Source: Eledone cirrhosa
Taxonomy: Eukaryota
Length of the DNA stretch: 64,000 nt
Assembly (NCBI GenBank): GCA_964016885.1
Contig: OZ024740.1
Coordinates: 174,406,001-174,470,000 of the forward strand
Direction: 5' to 3'
The position numbers and the translations under genes were made by a program. Shown here piece by piece: positions 42,997-55,595 of the stretch. Below the pieces are notes generated by a model. It was not told the DNA's origin and did no database searches. It was given only the letters and a program-made list of their open reading frames with translations. Every line of letters begins with the position of its first letter. Position 1 is the first letter of the stretch.

Positions 42997-43774
42997 AAGA
43001 TATGTGTGTGTGATTTTGTCTTATTCATTTATTTTCTTTATTTCTTCCTTCCTATCATGACTGCGGCCCAACACACTTCTAACCACTGATATCTGTCCTT
43101 TGAGGTGATTTTTACCCGACGCTCACGTTGACCTCATTTTGCTGTTTTAAAAGCCATTCTTACGTTGAAATTTTCTCATAATTCTATTAATTCTAATACA
43201 CTTGCGCTCCATCTCAGTCTTCGAGACAACATTGTTGATATATATATATATATATATATATACAGAGAGAGAGAGAGAGAGAGAGGGGGGAGGGATGGAG
43301 AGACAGAAGAAGAAAACGAGATAGATAGATACATACAAAGTGATACATATTTCCATTCATTTTAGAAGCGCATGAAAAGCTAGCAGGAAACGTTTCAGAA
43401 GAAGGAGGAAAAAACCGTAGTCAAATCCAAATAAATTATAGTAATAGATTAAATTATTTTTCGTATTCTTGTTTTTTTTTCTGTGAAAACCTTTTTAACA
43501 AAGAACATTCTGAAGAAGTAGTAGTTGCTTTTATAAATTTGAATTATGTGAAATCTAATTTTAAACGGAAAATTGTGGTGCATCATATTTGATATTTTAA
43601 AATATTTTTTAGTAATAATCACTTACCAAGCGAGCATGTTTAGAGGTCATATTTTATAACAATAGAAAACTTATAAAATGATCGATGTTTATATATTTAA
43701 ATATGACCTCCAAATTGGGGACCTTTAGAACCAGACCCCACTAGTTCCTCCCTCTCTATAGACACACACACACA

Positions 43775-43884
43775 TATATATATATATGCATGTATATATG
43801 ATGTATATTATATATGTATATATATACATATATATGCATGTATATATAATGTATATTATATATATGCATGTATATATAATGTAC

Positions 43885-43933
<49 letters not shown>

Positions 43934-43995
43934 GCATGTATATATAATGTACATTATATATATGTATATATACATATATATGCATGTATATTATA

Positions 43996-44026
<31 letters not shown>

Positions 44027-44048
44027 GCATATGCATGTATATATAATT

Positions 44049-44091
<43 letters not shown>

Positions 44092-44104
44092 TGTATATAT
44101 AATT

Positions 44105-44145
<41 letters not shown>

Positions 44146-44158
44146 TGTATATATAATT

Positions 44159-44203
<45 letters not shown>

Positions 44204-44258
44204 TGTATATATAATTTATATTATATATATATATATATATATGCATGTATATATAATT

Positions 44259-44298
<40 letters not shown>

Positions 44299-44306
44299 AT
44301 ATAATT

Positions 44307-44350
<44 letters not shown>

Positions 44351-44412
44351 GCATGTATATATAATTTATATTATATATATATATATATATATATATGCAT
44401 GTATATATAATT

Positions 44413-44445
<33 letters not shown>

Positions 44446-44501
44446 CATGTATATATAATTTATATTATATATATATATATATGCATGTATATATAATTTA
44501 T

Positions 44502-44535
<34 letters not shown>

Positions 44536-44548
44536 TGTATATATAATT

Positions 44549-44581
<33 letters not shown>

Positions 44582-44596
44582 CATGTATATATAATT

Positions 44597-44629
<33 letters not shown>

Positions 44630-44697
44630 CATATATATATAATTTATATTACATATATGTATATATGCATGTATATATAATGTATATTATATATATA
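43775..44697. repeat. Compound minisatellite GCATGTATATATAATTTATATT(AT)n
   Basis: About 20 units of roughly 40 bp, with variable (AT)n spacers. Confidence 0.95.
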
Positions 44698-44699
44698 TC

Positions 44700-44943
44700 A
44701 AAGGTATATATTGAGTTAGGAACTCAAAATAGTCTCGTACAACAAAATAGCTCCAAGAAAGAGATATTTCCGAGCCGTATATTATAATAGAATATAAAAG
44801 AAAAACGAACACAGATACATACATATAAGTGTTCAAATCGCAAGGGACCAGATTCGCTAAGGTGAATTTCACCTTAGCGATTCTGGTCCCTTGCGATTTG
44901 AACACACATGTATATATCTGTGTTCGTTTTTCTTTTATATTCT

Positions 44944-44948
<5 letters not shown>
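44700..44948. mobile_element. Fold-back mini-element between TA tracts
   Basis: Inverted repeat 44786-44946 centred at 44867 (GCTAAGGTGAA T TTCACCTTAGC). Each arm continues GAAT/GATT-CTG-GTC, resembling the 3' half of a hammerhead. Confidence 0.7.
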
Positions 44949-45022
<74 letters not shown>

Positions 45023-45468
45023 TCCCTTCTTACCTTTTCTACGCATTAGTGGCATTCTTCTTTGACTTCAGTCCATATTATTCTTTTCTGTTTTTCTATT
45101 TCTTTCCTTTCTATATTTTCTCCTTTGAATAAGCCCTCGTGCATCATCCTTTCCTTTCTTGTCAGTTGATGCACTTGGGATACTTTTTCGTCTTTATTTT
45201 CTAATTTGCCTAATGGCATAACTTCTGTCTTTGTCTCTACCTTTTTTGTCTCGTCCCAATGTGCACTCGAATCAATCGTATCAACCTTAAAAAAAAAACG
45301 AAATTATAGTGATTTCCAGGGGTTGACTGAGGAGATGGGACTGTCCGTTTTTCCACTGTTTTTGTTCTGTGTGCTCCTCTGTTTTGAATGTATATATATA
45401 AATATGTATATACGTGTGTGTATATATATATATAAATATATATATATATATGTCTATCTATCTCTCTC

Positions 45469-45554
<86 letters not shown>

Positions 45555-45739
45555 AAGGGTAAAATAATATATAATTCAATTTGTATGTGAAAAATTATAT
45601 AAGTTAGTATATAATTGTCAAAAAATTTCAGAATTAGCTTAATGTGTTTGGTCAGGAAAAAAGAAAGTTTTGAAAGTCAGACATAGACAGAGCATATATC
45701 AACAGAAAAGAGATGGGAAGGTAATTTTAAAACAATTTT

Positions 45740-45842
45740 AATACCTTACACGTGTTTCGAACGTAATACCGTTTGCATAAGTGAAAAGTAAAAAATAAAC
45801 AAGAAAAGTAAAACAAGATATTACACTTTCTTCGGAGGCATT
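45740..45842 (-). ncRNA. Type I hammerhead with long helix II insert (core CCGAAGA)
   Basis: Minus strand reads aatgcct-CCGAAGA-aagtgtaatatc...ggtattacgttc-GAAA-cacgt-GTA-aggtatt, with an ACACGTGT palindrome. Confidence 0.75.
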
Positions 45843-46894
45843 AAAAATTATATTCAATTTAACAGAAACGTAACCATAGTCAACTCCACTATAGAAATTA
45901 CAAAATTTGTTGTACGTCTAAATGACTCTGCCACGACCCGAGATCGGTGCTACCTGTTCTGGTAAGAATCGGTATGGTCCAGGCTGGGGGTGGTGAATGT
46001 CAACTACGACACAGAGAGCTTTGCAACCTCCGTCTCGGACGTGTGATATATTCTCCACCAGGTGCATATATCACAGTTTTGTACACCTGGGTAGCTATGG
46101 GGCGCCTTGACAAGCGTTTGGGATATTTCAAATATACAATGAAATAAGAATAAAAACTGAAAATTCCACGTCTGAAATCATACGTACGGAATCAGATAGT
46201 GCAAACGAATTATATCTTTGATATGTAAAGCTTCCAATAGAAGCCGTTAGACACTTTAACATTAATAAATTTCTGAAATAATATCTTGTCAAATATGTCG
46301 GTTACATTATTAATAATATTCATGATGCCTGTAACTGTGGGTACAGGAGAGGGCAGCTTCAGTTAACTGAATTCTATAAGGATATTTAAATTTCCCCACG
46401 AAAAAAACAGGCTGATTACATTATTTGCTAATTTCGTCAATACAGTAAAAAACAATAGATATAGAAGGTGGTGTAAAAGAAAATTAGATTTAAAATGAGA
46501 CATTTTTCAGTTAGGATAATGTATATTATTTAGAACTTGATCTTTTGTTCATGTGTTTAAACTTTATTAAACGATAAAGAGCACTCATATGTGTACCAAA
46601 TATGTGCCAAAATCATTGGTAGTAATGTAAATATAGACTCTTTCTATTTTTATTTTCGTATTTCTTTTAACTATTTAGTTCGGAAGAAATGGGTGGCGCC
46701 CATGATCCTTTATTTTTTCAGGACTTCTGAGATTGGTGAGAAGAAGGGAGGAAATCATTCACCTAACTTCAAACGAAGAGACTACCACTAAAGGAACCTA
46801 AGATCCAGATTCTGGTGCTAAACCAATGGAAGGCTTCCACCTAAGAATCAAGTGAATTATCATCCGACATCAAATAATTCGGCTAATCCTGCGC

Positions 46895-47032
46895 TCTGGC
46901 TTGGTACATGTTTTACTGATTCCGCAGAGAAAAAGAAAAGTTGACTTTAACGGTATTTGAACTCAAATCCCAGAGAACTGGAGCAAAAACTGCAAGAAGT
47001 TTTGCAAAATTGCTCTGATGCTTTTGCCAATT
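46895..47032 (-). mobile_element. Degenerate SINE
   Basis: Reverse-complement core: AAAGTTGACTTTAACGGTATTTGAACTCA...TTGCCAAT. Confidence 0.65.
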
Positions 47033-47217
47033 TCATCTATTAATTAAAGAATTTCATTAGTAGGTGAAATTGATATGTTTGAACTGCTCTCTTTAATTTG
47101 TATATTCTAATAAATACTTTATTTTTTAATTTTCAGTTCATCATTATTCTGAAAAAATTATATTTGCAAGAGCAGCAAAATTGACGTTGCCTGGAGCACA
47201 ACAATCACTGATAGACA

Positions 47218-47248
<31 letters not shown>

Positions 47249-47359
47249 TTGATTACCTGTGCTACCTTAGTGTCATCAGCATAGCTAGTGAGGGATATTG
47301 TTGTACGTACTACAGAGGGCATTATATATATTTATATATATATATATATATATATATGT

Positions 47360-47640
47360 GAGGTCACCAGTTGATGCTACTGGTAACATGTATCCCAGTA
47401 TAACCTGTCTCATGGTCGGGTCGTTGGCGACTAAACTGGCAACCTCACCAAGGTTTCTTGGTGAGGAGGGTGACTTTGGACATCCTGCAGGACTAAAAAC
47501 AAAACCTGTCAAAGGGCAAAGGAGCTCTTAAGAGTCAATGGCCATCCAAAATCACTGGGAGAGATGACCCCTTAGTCTTTGTCAAGGCAGAATTCTAGGA
47601 GAAGGAAAACTCTGATATAACACCTGCAACCCTGATGGTA
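47360..47640 (+). mobile_element. Probable RTE-type LINE 5' UTR relic
   Basis: Contains GGAGAAGGAAAACTCTGAT..AACACCTG, which I recall as typical of RTE 5' UTRs, and a structured 5' region with hairpins. Confidence 0.4.
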
Positions 47641-48173
47641 TCCAATGATGTTGACTTGTTCTTCTTTTTGGTAAATATCATCTTGGTTAAGAGAGTGGGA
47701 CTGGCTTTGTGCAGTGCCTTTGCTCACTATAAAAGCTTCACGGCACAGGCATTGCTTTATATCTGGAGTTCTCTCTGCACTTGTCGTCACATGGTGCCAT
47801 GGGCCCAGCACTATGTATCAATAATTGTCACAAGTGTAGTGTTTGTACCAGAGTTTTCAAGTCGCTGGCTGGACTAAAAAGTCACACTCGTTCAGCGCAT
47901 CGGTAGTGGTTCTCCTACATGGATATAAAGTAGTGGCCGTACTTGAAAACGAGTTGGCAGCCACCATGTGTGTTATGTGTGATTTGATAAGTACAAAGTA
48001 AATCATTAATATACAGTAGATTTTATTGACATAAAAAATCATAAACATTAACGCATTAACATATTGTAAGTTTATAGATATCATAAATGTTATGATTTCG
48101 ACGTTATGAAAACGAATTTACAAAATATCCTTTGATTTTCAATTTTATATAACACACTATATAGCTGAAAACA

Positions 48174-48482
48174 ATTGAATTCTCTTGGCATTTATACAAT
48201 AACACGTTCATTGCAGCATTTTGCACTAAAAATATCAATAGTCGCTGCCCCTCTTTACTCTGAAGGTTTTCCCTTTAGCATTTACATTACTCTATATATA
48301 CTATTGTATTTTTGTGGTAAAGGCTTTACCTCACATAATATCTCACATAATATCGACTCTATGAGATTTTGATATTATTTATTTTGAGAACAATACCTTA
48401 ATGTCAGTATGAGTAACAAATTAACAGAAAGAAGTGAGAGAATTCTGGTCGGATACAGCCGGTTTAAATGCCAAAGGGTTAA
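48174..48482. mobile_element. TTAA-type MITE, degenerate left end
   Basis: Right end is GCCGGTTTAAATGCCAAAGGG|TTAA. The left end TTGAATTCTCTTGGCATTTA is a decayed inverse of it. Confidence 0.55.
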
Positions 48483-48718
48483 GCATTTGCTACAGAATTG
48501 ATATGCCTTCACTGCCATAGACGTGTGTATGCCTGTGAATATCAGTTCGTGTTCATGTGATCTATGATTGCGTGAATTTATGTTTATAATCGTAAGAGTA
48601 CTAAGTTATCTGTATGTCCGAGTTAGTGTGGCCGTGCCCGTGTGTGTACAAACGTGTATAGGAATTTATGCATGCCCCCCCCCCCCTCTCTCTGTATATA
48701 TATATATATATATATATA

Positions 48719-48825
48719 TAACAAAGAAAGTGTGGTAAGGAATCAGGTGGACCATAACGCATCAGAGTACTCGGATCTAACTGTCGAAACGGCCGGAGCT
48801 CAGCCGTCGGGGTCCTGACTCTTTT

Positions 48826-48830
<5 letters not shown>
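48719..48830. mobile_element. Tiny PLE family-1 remnant: inverted pLTR end joined to hammerhead 3' half
   Basis: 48719-48772 is the reverse complement of the pLTR end. It is followed by GTC-GAAA-cggccggagctcagcc-GTC-ggggtc. TA tracts on both sides. Confidence 0.8.
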
Positions 48831-48866
<36 letters not shown>

Positions 48867-48872
<6 letters not shown>

Positions 48873-49203
48873 GTGAGTTTTTTTTTACAAAATGAAAAAT
48901 AACCGAGGTGTCCTACACGAGTGAAAGTATAAAGAAAAAAAGATGAAATCGAAAATGCAACTGGAGTCTTATTTAAAAAAAATATATATATATTTATTTG
49001 GTTCCTTTACCGGTTTCGCAGTTCTTCTGCTTTTCAAAAGTAGAGTTGAGATTAAGGGTCTGTGGTTTTTTCGAAAAAACACAGACCCTCCATCTCAACT
49101 CTACTTTTGAAAAGCAGAAGAACTGCGAAACCGGTAAAGGAACCAAATAAATATATATATATTTTTTTTAAATAAGACTCCAGTTGCATTTTCGATTTCA
49201 TCT

Positions 49204-49209
<6 letters not shown>
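48867..49209. mobile_element. Fold-back mini-element with two divergent variant hammerheads
   Basis: Inverted repeat 48935-49209 centred on TCGA at 49071-49074. ctactt-TTGAAAA-gcag aagaa ctgc-GAAA-ccg-GTA-aaggaa occurs at 49101-49142 (+) and 49002-49043 (-). Confidence 0.82.
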
Positions 49210-49241
<32 letters not shown>

Positions 49242-49671
49242 CTCTCTCTGTATTTCTCTCTCTCTCTCTCTCTCTTTCTTTCTCTCTTTTCGTGTGAACG
49301 TTTGTGCATATTCTGTTAATGGGAGGGAATTTGAGACGACATTTAGTGCGTCGTGTATGTATGAATGTGCATGCTTCGATGTTTTTTTCTCTCTGTGTTT
49401 AAGTTTAGATGTGCGCTTGCATGTCCATGTCCTTATGTATACAGTCCATGCATGTATGTTAGTATCTTTCTCACCGTGAGGTTATTTAAGTCTATTTGTT
49501 TATCTCTGCGTGTTTATGGGTACTTGCCCGTGTCCATCAGTTCTGTGAATGGCTCTGCTTTACATCCCATCTCTGTTTGCGTGTCCACATGTCAGCTTCT
49601 GTATAAAATAAAATAAAATATAAATAATAATGAGCAATACCCCCCCCCCACCACCACCACCACCACCGCCA

Positions 49672-49707
<36 letters not shown>

Positions 49708-49962
49708 CTTTCTTTCTCTCTCTCTCTCGTCTGCTTCATATTATAGTATTATCACCAGCTGAAAGGAACAATGGAATATATTTAAGCCGATCAGATCACC
49801 TATGGAAGATGGGATTAAGGGATTATAGGTAATTATCAGAGGGATTCATTTAAGTGTACAGAAAAAGAATAAAATGTGATTTTAAACTATACAACTGGAA
49901 ACCAAAAAAATAAACAGAATATATATGTGTGTGTGTGTGTGTATGTGTGTGTATGCATATGT

Positions 49963-49993
<31 letters not shown>

Positions 49994-50101
49994 CATACAA
50001 ATATACATTTAGCGAGAATCGCATTTTGGCGAGTAGAAATTAGCGAAACGCAACTTCCGAATTGTGTTGGGGAGCGCTCAATGGATTTGAATATACCAGA
50101 G

Positions 50102-50150
<49 letters not shown>

Positions 50151-50359
50151 GTAATACAGTATTTACGTATCGAGAAAGAGAAAAAAAGGGGAGGATAGGT
50201 GATACATATAGTTATTTGCCAAGTAGCGTATGCCAAAGGTGCTCGATACTAGTGCCGGCAGTATTAAATATTCGAAGTGTTAATATTTACTGGGCTAGAG
50301 AGTTAGTTAACCCCAAAAACTCTTTCCGAGCAATATAAGGAACACTTTTGATTATTTAT

Positions 50360-50399
50360 GCCCTTGAGAAGCCCAACTGGGCGAAACGTACGTAGGTGC
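50360..50399 (+). ncRNA. Variant type I hammerhead (U3/A8 core)
   Basis: gccc-TTGAGAA-gccc aact gggc-GAAA-cgtac-GTA-ggtgc, with an ACGTACGT palindrome. AATAAA and (TA)n follow. Confidence 0.75.
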
Positions 50400-50547
50400 T
50401 GTTTTAAATAAACATGTTTTAACGGTCTATTCTCCGATTTTTTACTTTCCCACGTGTATGTATATGATATATATGTATATATATATATATATGTATATGT
50501 ATATATATGTATATATATATACATATATATACATATATGTATGTATG

Positions 50548-50614
<67 letters not shown>

Positions 50615-50617
<3 letters not shown>

Positions 50618-50781
50618 GGCGTCTACAGGACTAGAACTGTTTCATTCGAGAGAAATCATCTTCTCCCGAATGAAACAGTTCTAGTCCTGTAGAAGCCTTT
50701 CTATATTAAATATTTATACGCTGCTTTGCATTGAGTACCGTACTTACTGTGGTTACCCCCGATTGAAACCGGGATAAACTT
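50615..50781. mobile_element. Fold-back mini-element inverted inside the hammerhead core
   Basis: Inverted repeat 50615-50700. Both arms carry GAAT-GAAA-cag ttctagtc ct-GTA; the minus arm retains only GATGA of the core. The tail is homologous to 5909-5990. Confidence 0.78.
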
Positions 50782-51554
50782 ATATATATATATATATAAA
50801 TATATATATATTTCTTCATTATACTCTGTCGTTTGCTTTGTTATTTCTGTTTGCCTTTTTCATATATATATATAATATTATATACTAGCTGAGGTACCCA
50901 GTTTCGCCAAGGTTAACAAATTGGTAAATTTACGCGAAGGTTAACTAATTGGTAAATTTACGCTTAACTAGTAGAAAATTAATTAGGAAGCTCTTATCTT
51001 TAAACCAATGTAATATCTAAATATTCAGATAATTCAACCATTACTCAAGTGATTAAATTTTATTTTTTCTAGAATCACAGCCATCTATAGAGTTGGTTCT
51101 TAATTCCAGTTTCTGTAACAAACTGGCAAGTATCTAGATACATTCTCGCGAACTCCTTAATGGGATACTAATATTAATCCTGGGGAAAGATTCTAATCCA
51201 TTTCAAGTAACTTGTCTAGAAAATTCCAATACTTTACCCCGACTTCTATACAATGCAGAATCAATTAATCTACGGTAGATCTAGATTAACACCCGTCTGT
51301 TAGAAGTGAAATAATTTATCCACATCTTATAATTCTGAAATAACCAGTTCAAAAGGCAATACACAATTTAAACCATCTATCAATTGGTTTGGTAACACAT
51401 AGGGATACTGTAGTGATTTATGATCTCTTGCACATTTAAACATGGCGGAGCCCATCTCTCTCCAAGTCAGAACACAGGAGATTTCTTCTCAAGAACAAGA
51501 GAGTGGGAGCAAGTAAAAGAAAGTGAGAATGAGATATAGAGAAAAATTCGCCTC

Positions 51555-51680
51555 AGTACTGAAATGGTATTCTATTTATCGACCTCAAAGGATGAAGGGC
51601 AAAGCTGACCTCAACAGGATTTGAACTCAGAATGCTAGAACGAATATCGCGAAGCATTTCATGCGACGATCTAGCGGCAG
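51555..51680 (-). mobile_element. SINE copy
   Basis: TTTATCGACCTCAAAGGATGAAGGGCAAAGCTGACCTCAACAGGATTTGAACTCAG. Confidence 0.8.
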
Positions 51681-52769
51681 TGGCTTGTTTAATTCGCGAC
51701 TATTTATTAGCTTTTAAAAACATTTCTAATATCGGTTTTGCCTAGTCACAAGGCCTGTTTAGAAGGATCACTTTAGTAATGGAAACGAATCAAACCATAT
51801 TGCTGGTACTTATTTTTCGATTTCTAGAAATTGGTAAGAATACAAGTTAACTTCAGTCACATTTAACCTCAAAATAATAATCTGATAATCTACAGTTTTG
51901 GTAATCTCCACCCCAAAAGAATACACCCACAATATATTAGAAACTACTGAACTTAGTGAAGAATTTAAATTATGAAAATTAATGTTGCACTATTTTATAT
52001 TTAAAAAAAAGCTTAATGATACTATCACATATACCATTATTTCCCTTGTAAAACTTATTTCAAGCAAAATTCAACCCTATTTATTTCATATTTATTTGGT
52101 AAGTATGTAAAAAAAAAAAACATCAGAATTCTAATCACAAATACGAATGTTTATATTAACTGAACTGTATCAATATCATGCATAATTCAAATATATTTAT
52201 GAAATTCACGACAGATATGGTTTTTCAATTCCAAAACGTTGGATAATCTAAAATTCCGTATCATGAAATTTTTGGAAGTACATATGATTGCACTTCCATT
52301 TTTCTTTCTGCCTTTCTAAATCTCGAAGTCAGCATAACCCTGGGAAAGTTCAGTTAGGATAGTAATAAGTATTTGGGATTATAATCATTATTTTTATTAT
52401 GTTCATTATCAAGACAAATATAAAATAAAATAAATAGAGTTGAATTTTACCCTGAATACGAAACAGCAAAGTAGGAAGGAAAAAATTTTTTTCTCTTCAT
52501 AAAAGGTAAACGAATTGGCTAATCTGAATTGAACTTTGGGGATAGAAAAATTTCAGGCCATCACACAATATTCAGAGAATGTTCTTTATGGGGAAATAGT
52601 TGCAGTGTATTCGATTGAGGTGACAACCCTGATAGGAATGTAAAGAGCCAAGTGTAGTTATATGCACATTGAAATATAGTAACAACTGGAACAGAGAAAA
52701 AGAATTGTTTGAACGAAAAAGTTTCCATGAACGTTTGAAATTGTAAATTCGAGAAAAAGTATGTGATGG

Positions 52770-52914
52770 AAGCTTACAGCAGGAAAAATATAATGATTTG
52801 TTCAATATTCTTCCCCCAGACTCTCTTTCTCTCTCACTCGCTCTCTCCCTGACTTTCTCTCGAGAGTGTGGGGGAAGAATATTGAACAAATTATATTTTT
52901 CCTGCTAGAAGCTT
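52770..52914. repeat. Imperfect ~55-bp inverted repeat around a CT-rich spacer
   Basis: AAGCTT.CAGCAGGAAAAATATAAT..TTTGTTCAATATTCTTCCCCCA.ACTCTC pairs with GAGAGTGTGGGGGAAGAATATTGAACAAATTATATTTTTCCTGCTAGAAGCTT. Confidence 0.8.
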
Positions 52915-52934
52915 ATATATATATATATATATAT

Positions 52935-53297
52935 ATATATAAGATCAAAAGATGGTTAAAAGAGTTCCATGTATTTTATTATGCGCATTTCAAAAACAAA
53001 TATCATCATGCAATAACATTTGCGTTTTCATCAGATAAAATAGGAAGACATGATATGAAGGTTAAAACACACTTGTGAATAGTGCAGTTTTAAATAAACA
53101 TATATGATATGTTTAAATCAACATATATGATATGTTGATTTAAAACTGCACTATTCACAAGTGTGTTTTAACCTTCATATCATGTCTCCCTATTTTATCT
53201 GATGAAAACGCAAATGTTATTGCATGATGATATTTGTTTTTGAAATGCGCATAATAAAATACATGGAACTCTTTTAACCATCTTTTGATCTTATATA
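52935..53297. mobile_element. Fold-back mini-element with two intact divergent hammerheads
   Basis: Near-perfect ~360-bp palindrome. tattttat-CTGATGA-aaacgcaaatgtta...tgatatttgttttt-GAAA-tgcgc-ATA-ataaaata occurs at 53191-53261 (+) and 52972-53042 (-). Confidence 0.88.
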
Positions 53298-53395
53298 TTA
53301 TTATTTATACTCCAGTCCTACAAACTGTAGAGTGCTACTTATCCGATATCTGCATTGCTTTATTGTACTACAATAAAACTCACCTCTTACATATA

Positions 53396-53442
<47 letters not shown>

Positions 53443-53533
53443 CAAAGGAATTGTGGAAAGGAACCAGATGGACCATAACGCACCAGAGTACCCAATACTT
53501 AGGGTAGTGGAGTGGGAAATAGGAAAAGGTATG

Positions 53534-53631
53534 ACCCCGAAGGCAGAGCTCAAGCCGTTTCGACGGCTATTTCTGGACTAAATTAGAATTTTTAGCCTGG
53601 TGAATAAATAGCCGAACTTGTCAAGAGGGTA
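53534..53631 (-). ncRNA. Variant hammerhead (UUGACAA core) in inverted pLTR
   Basis: Minus strand reads accctc-TTGACAA-gttcggctattt...aaatagccgtc-GAAA-cggc ttgagctct gcc-TTC-ggggt. The triplet is GTC in the sister copies at ~2247, ~48806 and ~56940. Confidence 0.72.
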
Positions 53632-53878
53632 CTTTCATATATGGGAAGATTGTAGTTGTCAAGAGGATTGGTTAAAATTTGTTGTAAACACAAATAAGTC
53701 TATCATGGCATTTGGTGGCAGGTAGTGGTGGCTGAACTTGCCTGTAGAACAGTAGGCGATGGATTGGAGCGGTCAAGCGTTGAAAGTGATATGTATACAG
53801 CAGATTCTAAGGATAGTGTATGAAGTGGAGGAGGGTGGTAGTAGAATAGGTAAATCAAATGAGAGTAGGAGATAATAA

Positions 53879-55595
53879 GGCTAACCATTCGATTATCGAG
53901 GACATAAATCGAGATGGACAACAAATTACATCCAGCCTCGGGGTCGCCGACCACACTGAACCCCTAGACCCACGGACTCCCTACTTCACATTGAAGGACC
54001 ACAAATCCGACTGCGACCGCAAACCATCCATTAGGCTTATAAACCCAACGAAGTAGGACATAGGGAGAATCAGTAAAAAGATCCTAGACCGAGTTATACC
54101 AAAAGTTAAGCATAACGAGAGACTTAGCCTATGGGTCAGCACCCAGGAAGTAATCTCATGGTTCAGGAATATGGAGGACAAACGAGACACAAAATTCATC
54201 CCGTTTGACATAGAGAGTTACTATGCATCTATTACCTTACCGCTCCTTACGGCCGCCTTGGACTTTGCCGAAACACTCACACCCATCACTGACCTGGAAA
54301 GAAATATCATTCTCCACGCCAGGAAGACAGTCCTACTTTTCGACAACTCCAAGTGGATAAAGAGAGCTCCCGACTCCCCATTCAACGTCAGTATGGGCTC
54401 GACGGATTCGGCCGAGGTCACAGATCTTATAGGATTATTCCTACTATTTAACCTCACCGAAATGTTTCATGCATTCAGCGGTGGATTGTACCGGGATGAT
54501 GGGCTCCTCACCCTCAAAGGGTACAACCCCAGTAGTACAGATCGGGTCCGTAAACAACTAATCAATTTCTTCCGGGACTGGGGATTTAAAATCACCCTAC
54601 GAACGTCCCTAACCCGAGTCAATTTCCTGGACGTTACTCTTAACCTCGAAAATGATCTGTACTACCCATACAGGAAACAAAACGACAGCCTGCACTACAT
54701 CCACCGCCGCTCTAACCATCCTAGAAACATCACCAATAACATGGTTAAAAACATCTCCCTCCGCATATCTCGTTTGTCCGCTAATGAGCAGATATTCGAC
54801 GAACACGCGCCTCATCACAACGAGGCCCTAAAGCGGAGTGGCTTCCGGGAGGAAATATCCTTTTATCCATCTTCCCTTAGCGGAACCAGCTTGCGACACC
54901 GCCGCTCGCGCAACGTAACGTGGTTCAATCCTCCCCATAATGCCGAGGTGGCAACACCTATCGGGAAAATCTTCTTTAGACTCCTCGAAAAACACTTCCC
55001 ACTACAACACCGCTACCACAACATAATCAACAAAAACACCATCAAACTCTCCTACAGCACCACACCTAACTTCGCACAAAACATCGTCTACTCAAACAAC
55101 AAAAAACTTAACGCCTATGGAAGAAATAACCTAGACATCGGTGGAGAGCCGACCAGGAGGTGTAACTACCCTGATAGATCTACGTGCCTCCTCAACAGCA
55201 AAAGTCGAGAACGTAACGTGATCTACCAGTGCAACGTGAGGACGGACACCTTTCAACAAAGCTTATATAGGATTAACCGCGTGTGACTTCAAGACCCGGC
55301 TCTACGAACACCGACATATTTTCCGAAACGGCGACATGCCACTACACTTTCGGGCCACATCTGGGACCTCCAAGATAATAATATAACCTACAATCTCACT
55401 TGGAGCTTACTGTCCAGAGCTAACTCTTACACGGGTGGATGTCGTCCGTGTAATTTATGCTCGGGGGAAACATTACAAATGTTGTTTTCGAAGGAACAAC
55501 TCGTAAATAAGAAAGACGAACTGGTAACCGCATGCAAACACAGATTGCGTAGGACTTACCTCGCCCTCAAACCCCATAATGACCCGGGTGGGTAG
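53879..55595 (+). pseudogene. PLE reverse transcriptase-GIY-YIG ORF, 5'-truncated and disrupted
   Basis: TLKDHK...RLINPTK*DIG, FDIESYY, MGSTDSAEVTDLIG, GLYRDDGL, VNFLDVTL, WFNPP, NVIYQC..YIG (frameshift ~55250), CNLC...CKH. Confidence 0.9.

Noticed and set aside
43775-44697. CRISPR-like repeat-spacer array
   Set aside because: Spacers are only (AT)n, the context is eukaryotic, and there are no cas genes.
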